A stretch of 63,977 bases of DNA, the filler included, from Porpidia crustulata (lineage: Eukaryota): the NCBI GenBank assembly GCA_964255105.1. It is 3 parts of 3 records of this genome, joined end to end, with 100 filler letters (N's around TTAATTAATTAA, not from the genome) between each part and the next. Parts side by side here need not be neighbours in the genome. Positions count along the whole stretch, not along the records: positions 21,825 to 43,523 come from CAXUWE010000100.1; 2 more parts are not named here. One strand, given 5' to 3'. Below the pieces are notes generated by a model. It did no database searches. It had not been told where the DNA came from and saw only the letters and a list, made by a program, of their open reading frames with translations. A program made the position numbers and the translations under genes. Shown piece by piece: positions 27,585-40,221 of this stretch. How positions within the stretch are numbered: position 1 is the first letter of the stretch; the number at the start of each line of letters is the position of its first letter.

Positions 27585-28576
27585 CTAGATGCCTAAAGTA
27601 TCCACCATTTGGCCGAGCGGGCTTTCTAAATGTTGGCCGTTTCGGTCCAAACCAAGTCTCCATATCCGACATGGTTCATGAAGCCATCCTTTGTCGCCCC
27701 AATCTGGCTCATGTATAGGAAATCCGGATCCGTCGTCGATGATATAATCCATTTCTGCGGGACGATTGACTTTCTCGCTCAATGCCATACATACCGCAAC
27801 TACGTAGGGCCCGTCATGGCTGATACTCAACTCGGCAACTTGCCTGTCATTTTCCTGGACGAGTCGCTTTCTCAAAAAGAATGTCTCCGCGTTCGGACCT
27901 TGGCCTGGTACGAATTTACCGCTGATGATTTCTCCGGAAATTGTTTCGATTCGTCCCAATACCTTATCATTCACTAGTCGATCTCGTATAAATCCTCCTA
28001 ATCCACGTATTCTGGCTACAGCGGTACCCATTATGACGTATTGAGGAAGCGGTTCAATGAGGAGAATTGGTTTCTGACCTATACCAGTATCCTCCTTCGA
28101 TGCGACGTTCCGCGCCCGCACATTGGGAAGAATAGATACATCCCTGTAGTAGAGCTTGCGATGGCGGTGTGCTTTTATTGCAGCTTCTTTCGCGGCCCAT
28201 CTGAAGTCCACGTGTCAGCATACTCGAGGAATTCAAAGTATAGAAATTCAATGCCAGTTCCTAACCTTCCTGCCAAAAATTGTGCTAAACCATGAATCGA
28301 AGGTGCAATGGAATCCAAATCTCGCCCCCCGTCCACGTTGAGTGCCACTTTGTGTGAAGCTGTGGGCAAGAAAAGCCTGGCCTCTGACGATTTACTTGAT
28401 AGAGGGCTGTAAGCATGGTTGACTCGTTTGTAGACCCAAGGCCATTCCAATCGCGTGAAAACTCTCTTCGCCCATCTATTCAGACGAGCGTCGTTCTCCA
28501 AAATATCTAACATACGATCTGTTCGACAAGCATCTACGCCAACGCCCAAAGGAAAGGGAAATGGTCTGGGTGGCAT
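27585..28576 (-). CDS. AcpS-type 4'-phosphopantetheinyl transferase (holo-ACP synthase-like)
   Basis: Motifs PFPLGVGVDAC, FLAGR|WAAKEAAIKA (across intron 28201-28265) and LSISHDGPYVVAVC. Confidence 0.82.
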
Positions 28577-29406
28577 TTCTTTCCGTTTCGGTAAGCTCAA
28601 GTAGTCAGCGACAGGCCAGCAGTGAATTTCAGTGGGGCTTTTGACGACAAATATAATATGGCACAAGCCTGATCTAGGAGGTGATGCGATAAATATAAGC
28701 TAGAATACTGTGGGTGCTGTCGCAAATGAGCTCACTCTCTCCGTCTTGAAACTTTGTCCGGCTACCTGCCACTTCTAAAGATCTAGAGGAATTTGTCAGG
28801 GGACGCACGTCAACATGAAAATTATATGAAGAGAGGTTACCATCCTCGCAAAGGAAATTTGATAGCATTAGTCTCTGGCTAGACGCGTCTCCAAAGCAGA
28901 CCGCCTATATAAATGTACAAAGCATTCACAGAAGATTTTGAGCGCGGCTCGTCGTCGCACACCAGTGTCACGGGACGCCTTGTCAGAACATGAAAGATAG
29001 ACAATAATAATGAACGTGAGAGTTACTTGAACTTAAGATCAAAATGGTTCGAATTGACGATTATGAATTGAAATCTCATGTACCTACCTTGGATATCATT
29101 TCCGCTAACGCAACATCAGCGCGTAAGGTCCACATCTAGTCACGACATTGTAGATAGAGCATCAAAGTTTATCTACTTCAAATTTCATTGAGTAATTGAC
29201 TATTTGCATAGCATTGTATTTCTTCGGCGTCATCGGCGTTTTCACAGGACATATCATGCGATAGCGAGCACTAATTATCATACTAATTTACAAATAAAGG
29301 CAAGAACCATTCCTTTTTGTCCTTATGCATTCGAGTCCAGAGTTCAACCACGTAGGATTACAGCCATGCTGAGTCCAACGTCCTCCCAACTTGTTCCGAT
29401 CCGGGT

Positions 29407-30522
29407 TTACTCATCATCATTGAGCAAAGCTTGCCTTTCGCTGTCTAGACTTGCTGTAGAACTGCTGCGCCGAAAGGTTAATTCCTTGCCGAACATTGCT
29501 GGAATTGAAACTGCAAGCGTGGCAGCGAGCAGGATTGACATGACAATGAATGCAAAGATCCATTGAAGAGCAATGAGCTTGATATTGACCTGGTGAACAG
29601 CAAGTGCTAGAAATCTTGTTATTAACGGAATTCTCTACATACTATGACATGCTGAAGAGCTCACCTAATAAGAGCCAAGACATTGCAAAGCCGATGGTAA
29701 AGTCACCATAGGTGGCTAAATAGTACAATGAGTAAATTAAGATTGACCAGATGGCGATGTTCGCGATTAGTCTCGCCGGCAAATCGAAGGTAGTTACCAT
29801 TGCAGCACCGTTCAATAGCATCGCAATGAATGTCCAAGCCATTGGACCGGAGCTCGCTGGAATATGGATGACTATAGGGGTCCTAAGGTCAGCGCTTGCC
29901 TATCGGGGTAACACCAAAGCTAGTTGAAAAAATGACATGAAGTACGAGATCATACAGATATAGGGTGATATTTGGCCCCAAACCATTACTTACAAGGTGG
30001 AGTGGCCCGGTGGCGCCTGTAAAGCGATGATAGATTGATGAAATTGATGATGACCATGATCTCGGCGATCCAGAAATGCGAATTGACCCATAACATGATG
30101 AATGCTGAATGTAAGAGATTATTGACTATGAAGTGACTACCAACGTTTGCGGCAGCATTAGTCCAATCGGTGTTACTTGAAAAGAGGTGCAGAATATAGG
30201 CTGCTTGAAGGATCAGGAGGACAGTCCTATGCAGCTCTCATCAGTCTGAGGTATATCTGACGATTGGTATAAGTACGTACCAATAGATATTTGTTATAGT
30301 GGGATTCAGGGAGAATGGTGTCGGATGCGCCTTGTTCTGCTGCCAAATCGTTGCTTCATTCCATGGGCCTCGAAAGAAATTCAAAATGCTGACCGTAACC
30401 ACGAGAAGCCATGTGAGGATCGTGAGGAGTCTGTATACCAACAGAGATCGTCTGTCATGTTCATCACGTATCAAGAAGGGATTGTAAGTCTGCACTCTTT
30501 TGAGAGTCGAGCTTCTGTTCAT
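29407..30522 (-). CDS. Fungal multi-pass membrane protein (DUF1774-like)
   Basis: Four exons with introns about 30227-30280, 29872-29993 and 29607-29664. Hydrophobic segments TPFSLNPTITNIYW, FIHIPA and IALQWIFAF. TAA at 29407-29409. Confidence 0.7.
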
Positions 30523-30986
30523 TTTGTCCAGGATAGGCTAGAATGGAATCAGTATCCTCAAAGAACCTTTGACCAAGAATAGAACTATCACGTTCTAGGA
30601 AACAATGGCAACAGCTGTAGCGCGGGGGCGAAGGTCTCGAGGGCAGAGAATCTTGAGCACGACGTACCAGGGCTTGCGGGATCGTAGCTTTTCAAAATTT
30701 GAGGAATTAGAGACCAATTGAACGCAGAGAAGACGGCGAGTTCTGGGGAATCGACTTCCTTGGCACTCGCAAGGTGAGAATTGCAAGATGTTAAGAAAGT
30801 GTAAGGATTAGTTGGGTAATGAGTGCCCCTTGGACAACTGAGGAAAGAGCGACCTACGGTACACAGTAGTGTAGAGAAGGTAATTGCTCTCATCATAGGA
30901 TGAAGCTATGGGACTAGGTGTCACTATGCTGTATATCCAATTTTATTGACGATGAAGTAGATCTATCTAACTTTGGCTTCTGCAAT

Positions 30987-32281
30987 CTAATAAAACTTGG
31001 CAAAAGCCAGCTCGTAAACCAGACCCAAGGTCAACCTCGCATGCTGTAACATGTGGTCGAAGCTCAAGTACTCAATTTTGTCTTCCGTGGTGTGGATTTT
31101 GTTGTCGGAGTACTTGAAATCGGATTCAATTACAAAAGCCGAAGGGTAACCCGCTTTGGAAGCAGATGCATGATCAGAACATGCGTATCCACACTTCGTC
31201 AAAACATAAGGGATGTCGCAATACTAGATTAATGTCAGCCAAATTCTACGGCCAATGGTAAAGACCTCACCTCTGTAATGACTTCCTTGATGAACTCAGT
31301 AAGGGCTGGGTTGACATAGTCGGTGATAACACCGACACTGACAGGCTCCCCGGCATCAACTGTCTTTTGAACGTAACCAGTCATATCTTGCTGCAACATA
31401 GCCTTCACGTCACGTCCTTGCTTCTCATACGCAGAGAAGATTGCCTGGCTGCCCAACAATCCACCTTCCTCTGCAGAATACCAGTGAAATTCGATGGTGT
31501 TAGACGCATTACCTTGGATAATATTATCAGACTTCAGCAGAACCCGAAGAGCCTCTAGGATAGTCACGGTACCGCTACCATCATCATCTGCCCCTGGAGC
31601 AGCAAGAAATGATGGTAAGAATAGATTGATACTATCCTGATGTGCTCCTATGACAACGGTCTTGTCGCTTCGCCCTGGGATCGTCGCAATGACGCTGCTT
31701 TGGCCCCATGGATGTTCAAAGGACTTCACGTGTGCCCCGTATGCTCCCGCCCCCGAATTGTGTATAGTGCTGTTGACCTGGCTATAGAGCCAAGCGGACG
31801 ACTGGGCACCATAGCTTGACTTGTAATATCGAGTATGGAAGGATGTAAACTTCTCCAAGTGCTTGCGCATGTTTTTCTTTGACAAGTCACTCATCAACGG
31901 ACGAAGCGTAGAGTTGTGCATCGGCTTTCTTGGATATGTTACAGTGGTTCTCTTCTCAGCGTCTGCATATCTCTGAGCCCCTAGATTGGGGGTGTCTGTA
32001 ATGTCCATGAAGTTGATGCCCTTCTATAGACCTATCAGAATTTGACAACCGAGTGAGAACCGTAAGGCCCCACAATATCGATAGCTATTATTGATATGGC
32101 TTACCCGTCTCAGCGCCCACTTCTCATCCTCGGTAATCCATCTTGTGTTGCCATGTCCTAGTTCAATGAGATATTTCTCGGCTTCGACAATTTCTCCAAG
32201 TACAGCTTGCTCAGGGTGGGCGAAAGACAATGCTGTCGCCGTCGTAGCGACGAGGCCTGCTAGAAACAAACAGCACTTCAT
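30987..32281 (-). CDS. LAP1: Secreted leucine aminopeptidase 1 (peptidase M28)
   Basis: Signal-peptide-like N-terminus; [41 protein letters not shown] and [10 protein letters not shown] motifs; two introns. Confidence 0.93.
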
Positions 32282-32956
32282 ACTGAATGGTGGGTTTGTT
32301 GATTCAACCGCCAAGGCGAAATACCTTCTGCTCCGTCTGAATCTTTCTGGTAAAGCTTGCTTTTAAAAGTGCTTTAGCTCGAGATGGTGTTATCCTGGCG
32401 TATCTGGATATGAGATAGGTACCTTACTACAGGCAACTACCTTATCGTGATCGCCATGACACCGCGCTAGTGTAGCCAAGGGCCGAGGCTGAGCCAGACT
32501 GTGTGACGGTCATGATCCGCATCGAGCAGAGAGTGTCATGAGATGCATGAAAGAGCAAGTCATTGTTTCCCATGTAATTTTGTTGGACTGTGCCTGTGAT
32601 TCGGATGGATGAAGCATCCCGTTCTGCTGCTATAAAACTGCTCTAGGACATCGTGTCTCGCCATGAAGTGACTCAGGAGCAAATCACGAGCATTGTCTAG
32701 CGTGTCTGATTGGCCAGGACTCCCGTCCACAGTGTCGTATTGGACTTTGGATGACTCTGTCTCTCTGTCGCCCATTGTACTTCAACGGTTCTCCATATCA
32801 TACGCGTAAAGTCTTTGTGCTACTGTCAGTTGGCATAGCTTGAACATCCGAAATCGAATCTCCAAGACGTATAAACGTGTATTCTAAGACCGTTACCCTT
32901 GGAGGGCCTATCCCTCTACTCATTCCCTGTCGCCTCAACTTGGCCAGCTGACCTAA

Positions 32957-34091
32957 ATGGCAATCTACCCCAAAGCCAACCCCCAGGCACAGAGTGGCCC
33001 TCCACAGCCGATTGACATAGAGGCCTGGACTGAACAGGCCACTCAGTCATTTAATGCTATTTCACTGTCAAATCCGAATACCGCTCAAGGCGTCCCGGCC
33101 TCCCTGGCGATACCGCTGGATGAACACCCCGTTGCAGACCACAGTGCGACTGGTGGCTTCCCAGTCTTCCGACCAAGTCGCGAGCCTCTCCGGCGCGACA
33201 GTCTCAAGCGACGTGAAGCCCTCTTGAAAGGCAAGGAAGGAAGCCGTCGGCGTCAGAGATGGGAGAATGGTTGGTCTACCTTCTTCCACAGTACTCGAAG
33301 GACGCCGAGTATGGGCTCTTTGGCCTTGGTGACTGAATATTAACGGCGTGGATTACTGCAGATCGTCTTCTGAATAATCCTTGGGCCCAACCCCCACTTC
33401 CAGTTGACTGGGAGGTCCATCCCACGTATGCTAGAAAACCTGTGCCGTACTATCTTGCGCCATTGTGGGATGCGAACTTAGCCGCTGGAAATGCGGCAGA
33501 GAAGAAAAAACGGGATAAGGTTAAGAACCCAGCGCCAAAGGATGGAGGCCATGATCAAGTAGCCAAAGAGCTGAAGCAAAAACTCAAAAAAGCGAAGGCA
33601 GCAAAGGGCTTACTGCAAGATCTTGAGGAAGAGGTTAGAAAATTTGTCAAAAACTGGGAGGAAAAGGCAAAGAAGCTTGAGCAAGATGGGCTGCATGATC
33701 TTGACTCTGAAGACGAGGAAATTGTATTTGTTGGACGCAACGGGCAAATGAATGATACGCCATCATCTCCAAGTTCAATGCCTAACACAGAAGAGGAAGA
33801 TGTCAAAAGGGACAAGCTGGTTTTCGACAGTTTGGCAAACGATCATGGAGCCAGTTTCGGGTATTTTTCATTTGGCTCAATGTCAGGAGAATCACCCCAG
33901 ACTAATTTCTACTTAGACGTTGGCTTGTTCACTCGATAGCAACTTACTATGGTCTTCGGACCTGGTCTGTGACCGTCGGTAACCCGGCAAGGCGAGAAGC
34001 CTACGTTGGAATCAAAAGAGCCGAGCGAAGTGGTAGGCTCATCTCCACTGGCGGCAGCGGCTTACCTCGCCCACTTTGGGGCATGGTATGA
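32957..34091 (+). CDS. R3H-associated N-terminal domain protein
   Basis: RRDSLKRREALLKGKEGSRRRQRWEND; R3H-like RWLVHSIATYYGLRTWSVT after an intron at about 33861-33916; ends LPRPLWGMV*. Confidence 0.8.
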
Positions 34092-35788
34092 TGTAAAGCT
34101 CACTCGTGGTCTTCAACACATCTCCAACCATTGGAAATCTTTGGCAATAAATTTTGTATTTTCCTATTCTTGCACCATTTACCATTTTAATAAATATATA
34201 TACCTTTTTCTTTTCCTAGTTTTTATCACTGCCTGTGTTACTAGCTCCGTTATATGAAGCACCACATAATTCACAGGCCATTCCTAGGAATAATGGATCT
34301 TGAATAACTGTGGGTTTGGGTTTACATAGATAAACGTTATCCGCTGCATTTCCCTGTAATCTGCTAGTCCGCAGGTAGACTAAATGGATAGAGCCTACTC
34401 TTTTCGTCCTCGATGGGACGACCCGTGAGGTTTCGCCAAGGTTCTGCTGCTGTTGGACGCATCTCTTCAACTGCTGGCATCAGACACTTGATCCTAGTCC
34501 TTCCTCTAAGTTGGACTGTAGCGCATAGAATCCGTCAGCAGCAACGATGTCGACAACGCGCTTGAAGCTGACTCACGATGCAACATCTGGCGAAAAGGAT
34601 GGCTAGTTGGTGGCTCACTACAAGGCAGCAATCGCTAATGGTTAGTAGCTTCGGTTCACGAGACAGTCCATTGTCCAGATCAGTCTGGCAACCTAACAGA
34701 CATACTTTTTGGGCCCACTGTACGATTCCAAGAAGCTGGCTTGGAAGTACTTCCTGAAACCATCAAAGGCAGATGTGTGACATCTAAGTAGCTTGTTGTA
34801 GGGTGTGCAAGATGCGAGTGAACGATATTTGATGGAAGTTTTGGCGAAATTGCTCCTGTCATAACGAATTTTTCACATTGGCGGCGTCTACTCATGATCT
34901 GCTCACGGTCGCATCACTGTGAAACTTTTGTGAAGTGTTTGCGACTTTTGTTGGATAACTGCTCGGGACTCCCAGAATCATACGGGATCGGACAGATTGT
35001 CTCGCCTGAGCGGTTATTGAAGCTCTCATTAGTGATGGAAACATCTTGAGATATTTCGATCCCCAATTCCTCGAATGATACTGTTTGACAAATAAAAATA
35101 ATATCCAACCATGGACGGAAGTTTGCTTTCGTCAATACGCGCTCACCAAAGTGGTTGCTAACTTTATCTTTGTCTTTTCATAGATATTTGGTGACTGCGC
35201 CCGCTTACGCGCTTCTTCGCCAAGCCCTACGGTTGAACGCCAGACTTCTTGCATATTTATTTTCGAATGGGGCGTTGATTACATAGCGCAGAGATTGGTG
35301 TTATTGGACGCTCCCATAAAGAATAGATAGCGCTGAGATGATACTGCGCCCACAACGTTGTTGTCGTGGACCATCTCGGTGCTGAGAAGTCCCGTGTCTG
35401 GAATTGTGTGCTTTGATCTGCCATTGCAAGACAGTCCGGAATGGGACAACCGTCGAGCTGCCGATCTATGATTGTGATTTACCTACTCACACTTGGATGG
35501 CTGCCAATCCAAAATCTGACTGTGCATCTGGTAGTGAATTCTCCTTCAAGACTGTTGTTTTACTTGATACATATAAAACGGCCATCCGCTGTGAATTTAT
35601 TTTTTGGCATTCTCATCATCGTTTCCCGCAGCATTTCACTACAAGTACGAGCCTTTCCTTTGTGTTTCCTTACTCTCATATTTCCTAAAGCTTGATTTTC
35701 CTTCAACCTCAATTTTCTTATTAAACTCACAATTAGAACTATTCGTTCTTAAAAAGCCATCCTCATTTTCAACCATACGACCATCATC

Positions 35789-36836
35789 ATGCGTCTAATA
35801 GCTATCGCTTCGTTTGTTCTCTCGGCAGCTTCATCGGTCCTTGCAGCTCCCATGCAGGCCCGGTCCGATAATTTTGCAGATATCGCTGGTGGTGGGCCTC
35901 CCAATGGATCTCCGCCACCAAACATATCGGATGCTGCTATCATAGATTTCCAAGCTGTTAACTTTCTTGAGAACCTCGAAGCCGCCTTCTTCGAGGAAGG
36001 TTTAAAGAATCTTACCTCCTGGAACAAAGATCGTGGGCTGGATTACACCATTGAGGTTGTCAAAAAGGTCCACGCAGTGAGTTTTCCCAAACATATCCCA
36101 AAGTTTCGTCAGACATCCCAGCTGACTCAAAGTCCTCCTTTAGCAAGAAGTCATCCACATTCAGACCGCTGAGGCTATTCTAAAACACTTCAAGAAACCC
36201 ACGTTCGAGTCTTGCAAATACAAGTTTCCTGTCAACAGTGCCGACGAGTTCCTGAAACTTGCCAACATCATCACCTCAGTCGGGATCGGTGGCGTCATCA
36301 ATATAATCTCAGGTCTCGCCGAATCCGACCCGGGATTAGTACAAGGTCCGGCATCTATTTTGGCCATTGAAGCCCGCCACGATGCGTTCTTCCGCGAGAA
36401 AGGCTTGAACCTCGTCCCTAATCCTGCCCCGTTCGATACCCGAATCTCCGCCGCTTACGCCCTCAACCTCGCCAACGCCTTTATCGTCCCAGACTCTTGC
36501 AAAGCCACGCCTCACTTTCCGCTTATTACTCCTCTGACCGCCGACGTCAAGGGAGGGTCAACGATCAGCGGCGGCTCGATCACATTCTGCTTCGACGCCG
36601 CCAAGGTCGCCAAGTCTTACGGCAGCGCCCCCCTCTTCATCGGCTGGGTGAACCAAGCCAATGTTGTCAATTACACTCCTGCCAAGCCTGCAGGTGACGG
36701 AAAGGTCGAGACCATGATTCCAGACGGAATGGCGGGCGTTGCGTTTGCGGCTTTGACCTCGCAGAAAAACGCGTTGGACGTCAACGCCTTGACGGCGAAG
36801 ACCTTGGCTGGACCTGCACCGGTACAGATCTCTTGA
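35789..36836 (+). CDS. Secreted ferritin-like domain protein (LsdA/Rds1-like)
   Basis: Signal peptide; FLENLEAAFF, QEVIH and ILAIEARHDAFFR carboxylate/His helix motifs; intron 36077-36143. Confidence 0.78.
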
Positions 36837-38158
36837 ATGGGTCGAATTGAGTGTTGCATAATCTTGACTATATTATTGGGTTTGCTTGGAAATTCAGCGT
36901 GTGCGCGGTGTTTGGTCTAGCATTAATGTGATACCCTGCGGTGGCCTGCTGTTTCCTTTTTTTTTGTTGTCTATCATTACCTACGCTGTGGTTTACATGT
37001 ACACACATTTCATGGACTTAATAGCATGATGTATGCCTCAATTAATTATATTCTTCATGTTTCTAAATGATAATCCACGAGGTCTATGATCTAAATATAG
37101 CAGCAAATTCCAATGTCGTCTCAGATGCTTCCTTGCCAGCCTCCAAGAATCTTCCATGACTGGCTCGGTCGGGTCTTCTTCCAACATTAGAGCGACATAT
37201 AATTGGGATATGCTACCACCAATTGTCATGCAGACAATGTTCAGCTGAGCATGGAAAGAGGTAGACTACGGAGACAAGAAGAAGCAGGTTTCAGTAACGG
37301 ATTTTCACACATTGTTCACATTATATCACCCATTCGAAGGCAGCTACGTCCCAGCGACATACTACGAATACGTACAGCCATGAGAAATGAAACATTGAGA
37401 TCCGTCAATCTGCCTCAGGCGGCCGACGTGCAACATTGAGAGTTCGTGCTCAACCGTCAAGGCGTACGTCACAACAATCAGTCGAAGCTTTACCATAAAC
37501 GCTGAGATCAGAGGATCACTCGGAGGCCAGGCTGTACTCGCAACCCTCGTTTTCATAGCGAGCGTACCTCCATCCACTGCCAAAACAATAATGGACACCT
37601 ACTTACGGGTACACGTCAACGATTGGGGGCAAACTCATACCCTACGAACATGAATCCCTAGAAAGAAAAGAGCCGCAGAGTGTTCCTAGACACTTTGGGC
37701 TTAGGGAACGGCAGGTGGGAGTTCTACATGTGCGATATAATGTTCAAAGCTGGTTCGGATATCATTGCAGGTGGTACATGACCGTTCTGTCATAACCCAG
37801 GATGGAGGCAAGGAACGGACTGACTCGCTTTACGTGAAGGGGGACGTCTGTATGACCTCGTAGATTTAGAAAGCTGGATAAGTACGGTAGGTCTGAGAAG
37901 GGAGTCGGCCCTGTCTTGAGCATCTAAATCTTCTGAAGTTTCGGAGCAGTTTTATTAGTAAATATTGACATGCAATGGAAAAACTTAACGGAATCGTTTG
38001 ACATGATCAAGATATTAAGAGGACTTGCAGAATTGAATAATTTTAACAATTAGCAATGTCGTAGTCTAATAGTGGTAAAGCATTTTGCACCCGAACAGTT
38101 TTCACAAGAAGGGAAACCTGATAAACTACGCTAGCAAGATAAATTACACCACGCCTCA

Positions 38159-38175
38159 ACGCGTCGGCGTCGCGT
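38159..38175 (+). promoter_or_regulatory. MCB (MluI cell-cycle box) elements upstream of thymidylate synthase
   Basis: ACGCGT at 38159-38164 and TCGCGT at 38170-38175, 40-60 bp upstream of the ATG. Thymidylate synthase is a known MBF target in yeasts. Confidence 0.6.
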
Positions 38176-38216
38176 ACATTTAATGTTGTATCCAGTCCTC
38201 ACTTTCAGCATCGAAA

Positions 38217-39318
38217 ATGGCGTCGCTTGACGTACACGCAGATACTGCCAATAATGAGCCCTCTGCTATCAACAGTATTTTATCTAAAGGGCAGAACATA
38301 GAAACTTCCCACGAAGAACACCAATATCTCAAACTCATAGAGGAGATTCTACAGCACGGCGAGTTTCGCCCGGATAGGTACTTTGTTATCAGCAATCCAA
38401 ACCCTGCCTACATGCTAATTTGAGGTATACAGAACAGGGACAGGAACTCGCTCCATCTTTGCACCTCATCCTCTCCGATTTTCGCTTTCGCGGCCTTCGA
38501 ATGACTCTTCACAACCCCCCACTCCAATCCTGCCACTACTGACGACTAAACGTGTTTTTCTTCGCGCTGTAGTCGCTGAGCTTCTCTGGTTCATTTCTGG
38601 CAGTACATCTTCCATACCTCTCTCAGAGGCCGGGATAAAAATATGGGATGGCAATGGCAGCCGCGAATATCTCGATAGTGTTGGTCTCACACACCGGGCG
38701 GTTGGAGACCTTGGGCCTGTGTATGGTTTTCAATGGAGGCACTTTGGGGCCGAATATATTGACGCAGAAACGGACTACACCGGCAAAGGAGTAGATCAAC
38801 TGGCGGAGATTGTTGATAAACTTAAGAATAAACCTTATGACAGGCGAATCATACTGAGTGCATGGAACCCGGCCGACCTGGTGAAGATGGCTCTGCCGCC
38901 CTGCCACATGTTTGCTCAATTTTATGTTTCGTTCCCGCGATCCAACAGTTCGTCGGATTCTAGCGCTATCCAATCGCCAGTCCCTCGTGGCGTTCTCTCC
39001 TGCCAGCTCTATCAACGCTCGTGTGACATGGGTCTAGGTGTCCCATTCAACATTGCGTCTTATGCTCTTCTTACGCACATGCTAGCTCACGTATGTGACT
39101 TGACCCCAGGGGCATTTACACAAACCATGGGAGATGCACACGTATACCTGGATCACGTTGACGCGTTGAATGTACAACTGGAAAGGGATCCGAGGGCATT
39201 CCCTGAACTGGCAATCAAGAGAAAACCAGGAGGAGAAATCGACGGGTGGAAAGCCGAAGACTTCGAGATACATGGTTATAAGCCACATCCGGGCATTCCT
39301 ATGAAGATGAGCGTATGA
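38217..39318 (+). CDS. CDC21: Thymidylate synthase
   Basis: Motifs HEEHQYL, DRTGTGT (across intron about 38378-38432), [29 protein letters not shown] and [18 protein letters not shown]. Confidence 0.97.
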
Positions 39319-39951
39319 TCGGGATAGCGCCTACCATGTCATAAAATGCGAGATTATCGAAGCTGACGGCTACTTAACTTCACTTCGATCGACAGAGGTC
39401 ATTGGCACATCTACATCGACTGTGAACTTTCGATCTGATCCAATTGGCAAGACGAACAGACGTGGTGATTCTGGGCGAGGAGCATCGAGATGACAGTACC
39501 GCCTGTCACGCTGCGAGTATCAGTTCCCCGTGTCTGTACGGAAGTCTAGCCCGTCCAAGGACGAGTCCCTCGAGTCACGCATAGCCAGACTGATAGGGAT
39601 ACCCTGCGCGAACGACACGTCTACACTAATCAATGGAGTCTGAAGGGATGATGATGATGCACATCGAGAGCAACAGAGAAAGGTGTTTGTACATAGTAAC
39701 ATTGGCGTATGATTCATTGGCAGCACAGCGCAATAGAAACAGAGACTTCGAATAGGCGCAGGAACACTTTGCCTGTACGATCTAGCACAAGGAGCTTTAC
39801 TACTTGGTTATCCAACCACTGTTATCCAACCACTGCAAAACCTCTTGAATACGTTTCTTCAAGAGTACCTCCTGCGATACTCTATTAATGTTGACTGGAA
39901 GTCAAACATCTCGTTTAGTAGGTAGATTAGGGCTAGGGTTATTAGTCCCAT

Positions 39952-39961
39952 ATGGCGTCAT
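39952..39961. promoter_or_regulatory. Candidate CYS-3/MetR bZIP site ATGGCGTCAT
   Basis: Exact match to the Neurospora CYS-3 consensus ATGRYRYCAT, about 260 bp upstream of the cystathionine beta-lyase ATG. Confidence 0.5.
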
Positions 39962-40221
39962 TGGAGCTAGCGGCTCAAGGGAGTTGAGATCTGGGGAACC
40001 CTTGAACAGTCAGACCGAAGAAATGTTTTGGTGTCACAGAGACACAAACAATTAAATTTGGTCCAATCTGACAGTCGGCTGATAATAGTTCTTGTTGGCA
40101 TAATATCGAGCGCCAGCACGTCAACTTTGGGACTCAGCCGTTCAACTTTGCAAAAGCTCCGAGATACCACTGACCATATACACTGCCAAAATAACACCTC
40201 TGATTCAAAGCTGTCTTCACA

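Noticed and set aside
39807..39835. 14-bp tandem duplication GTTATCCAACCACT x2
   Set aside because: Only two adjacent copies with no spacer; an ordinary slippage duplication, not CRISPR-like.
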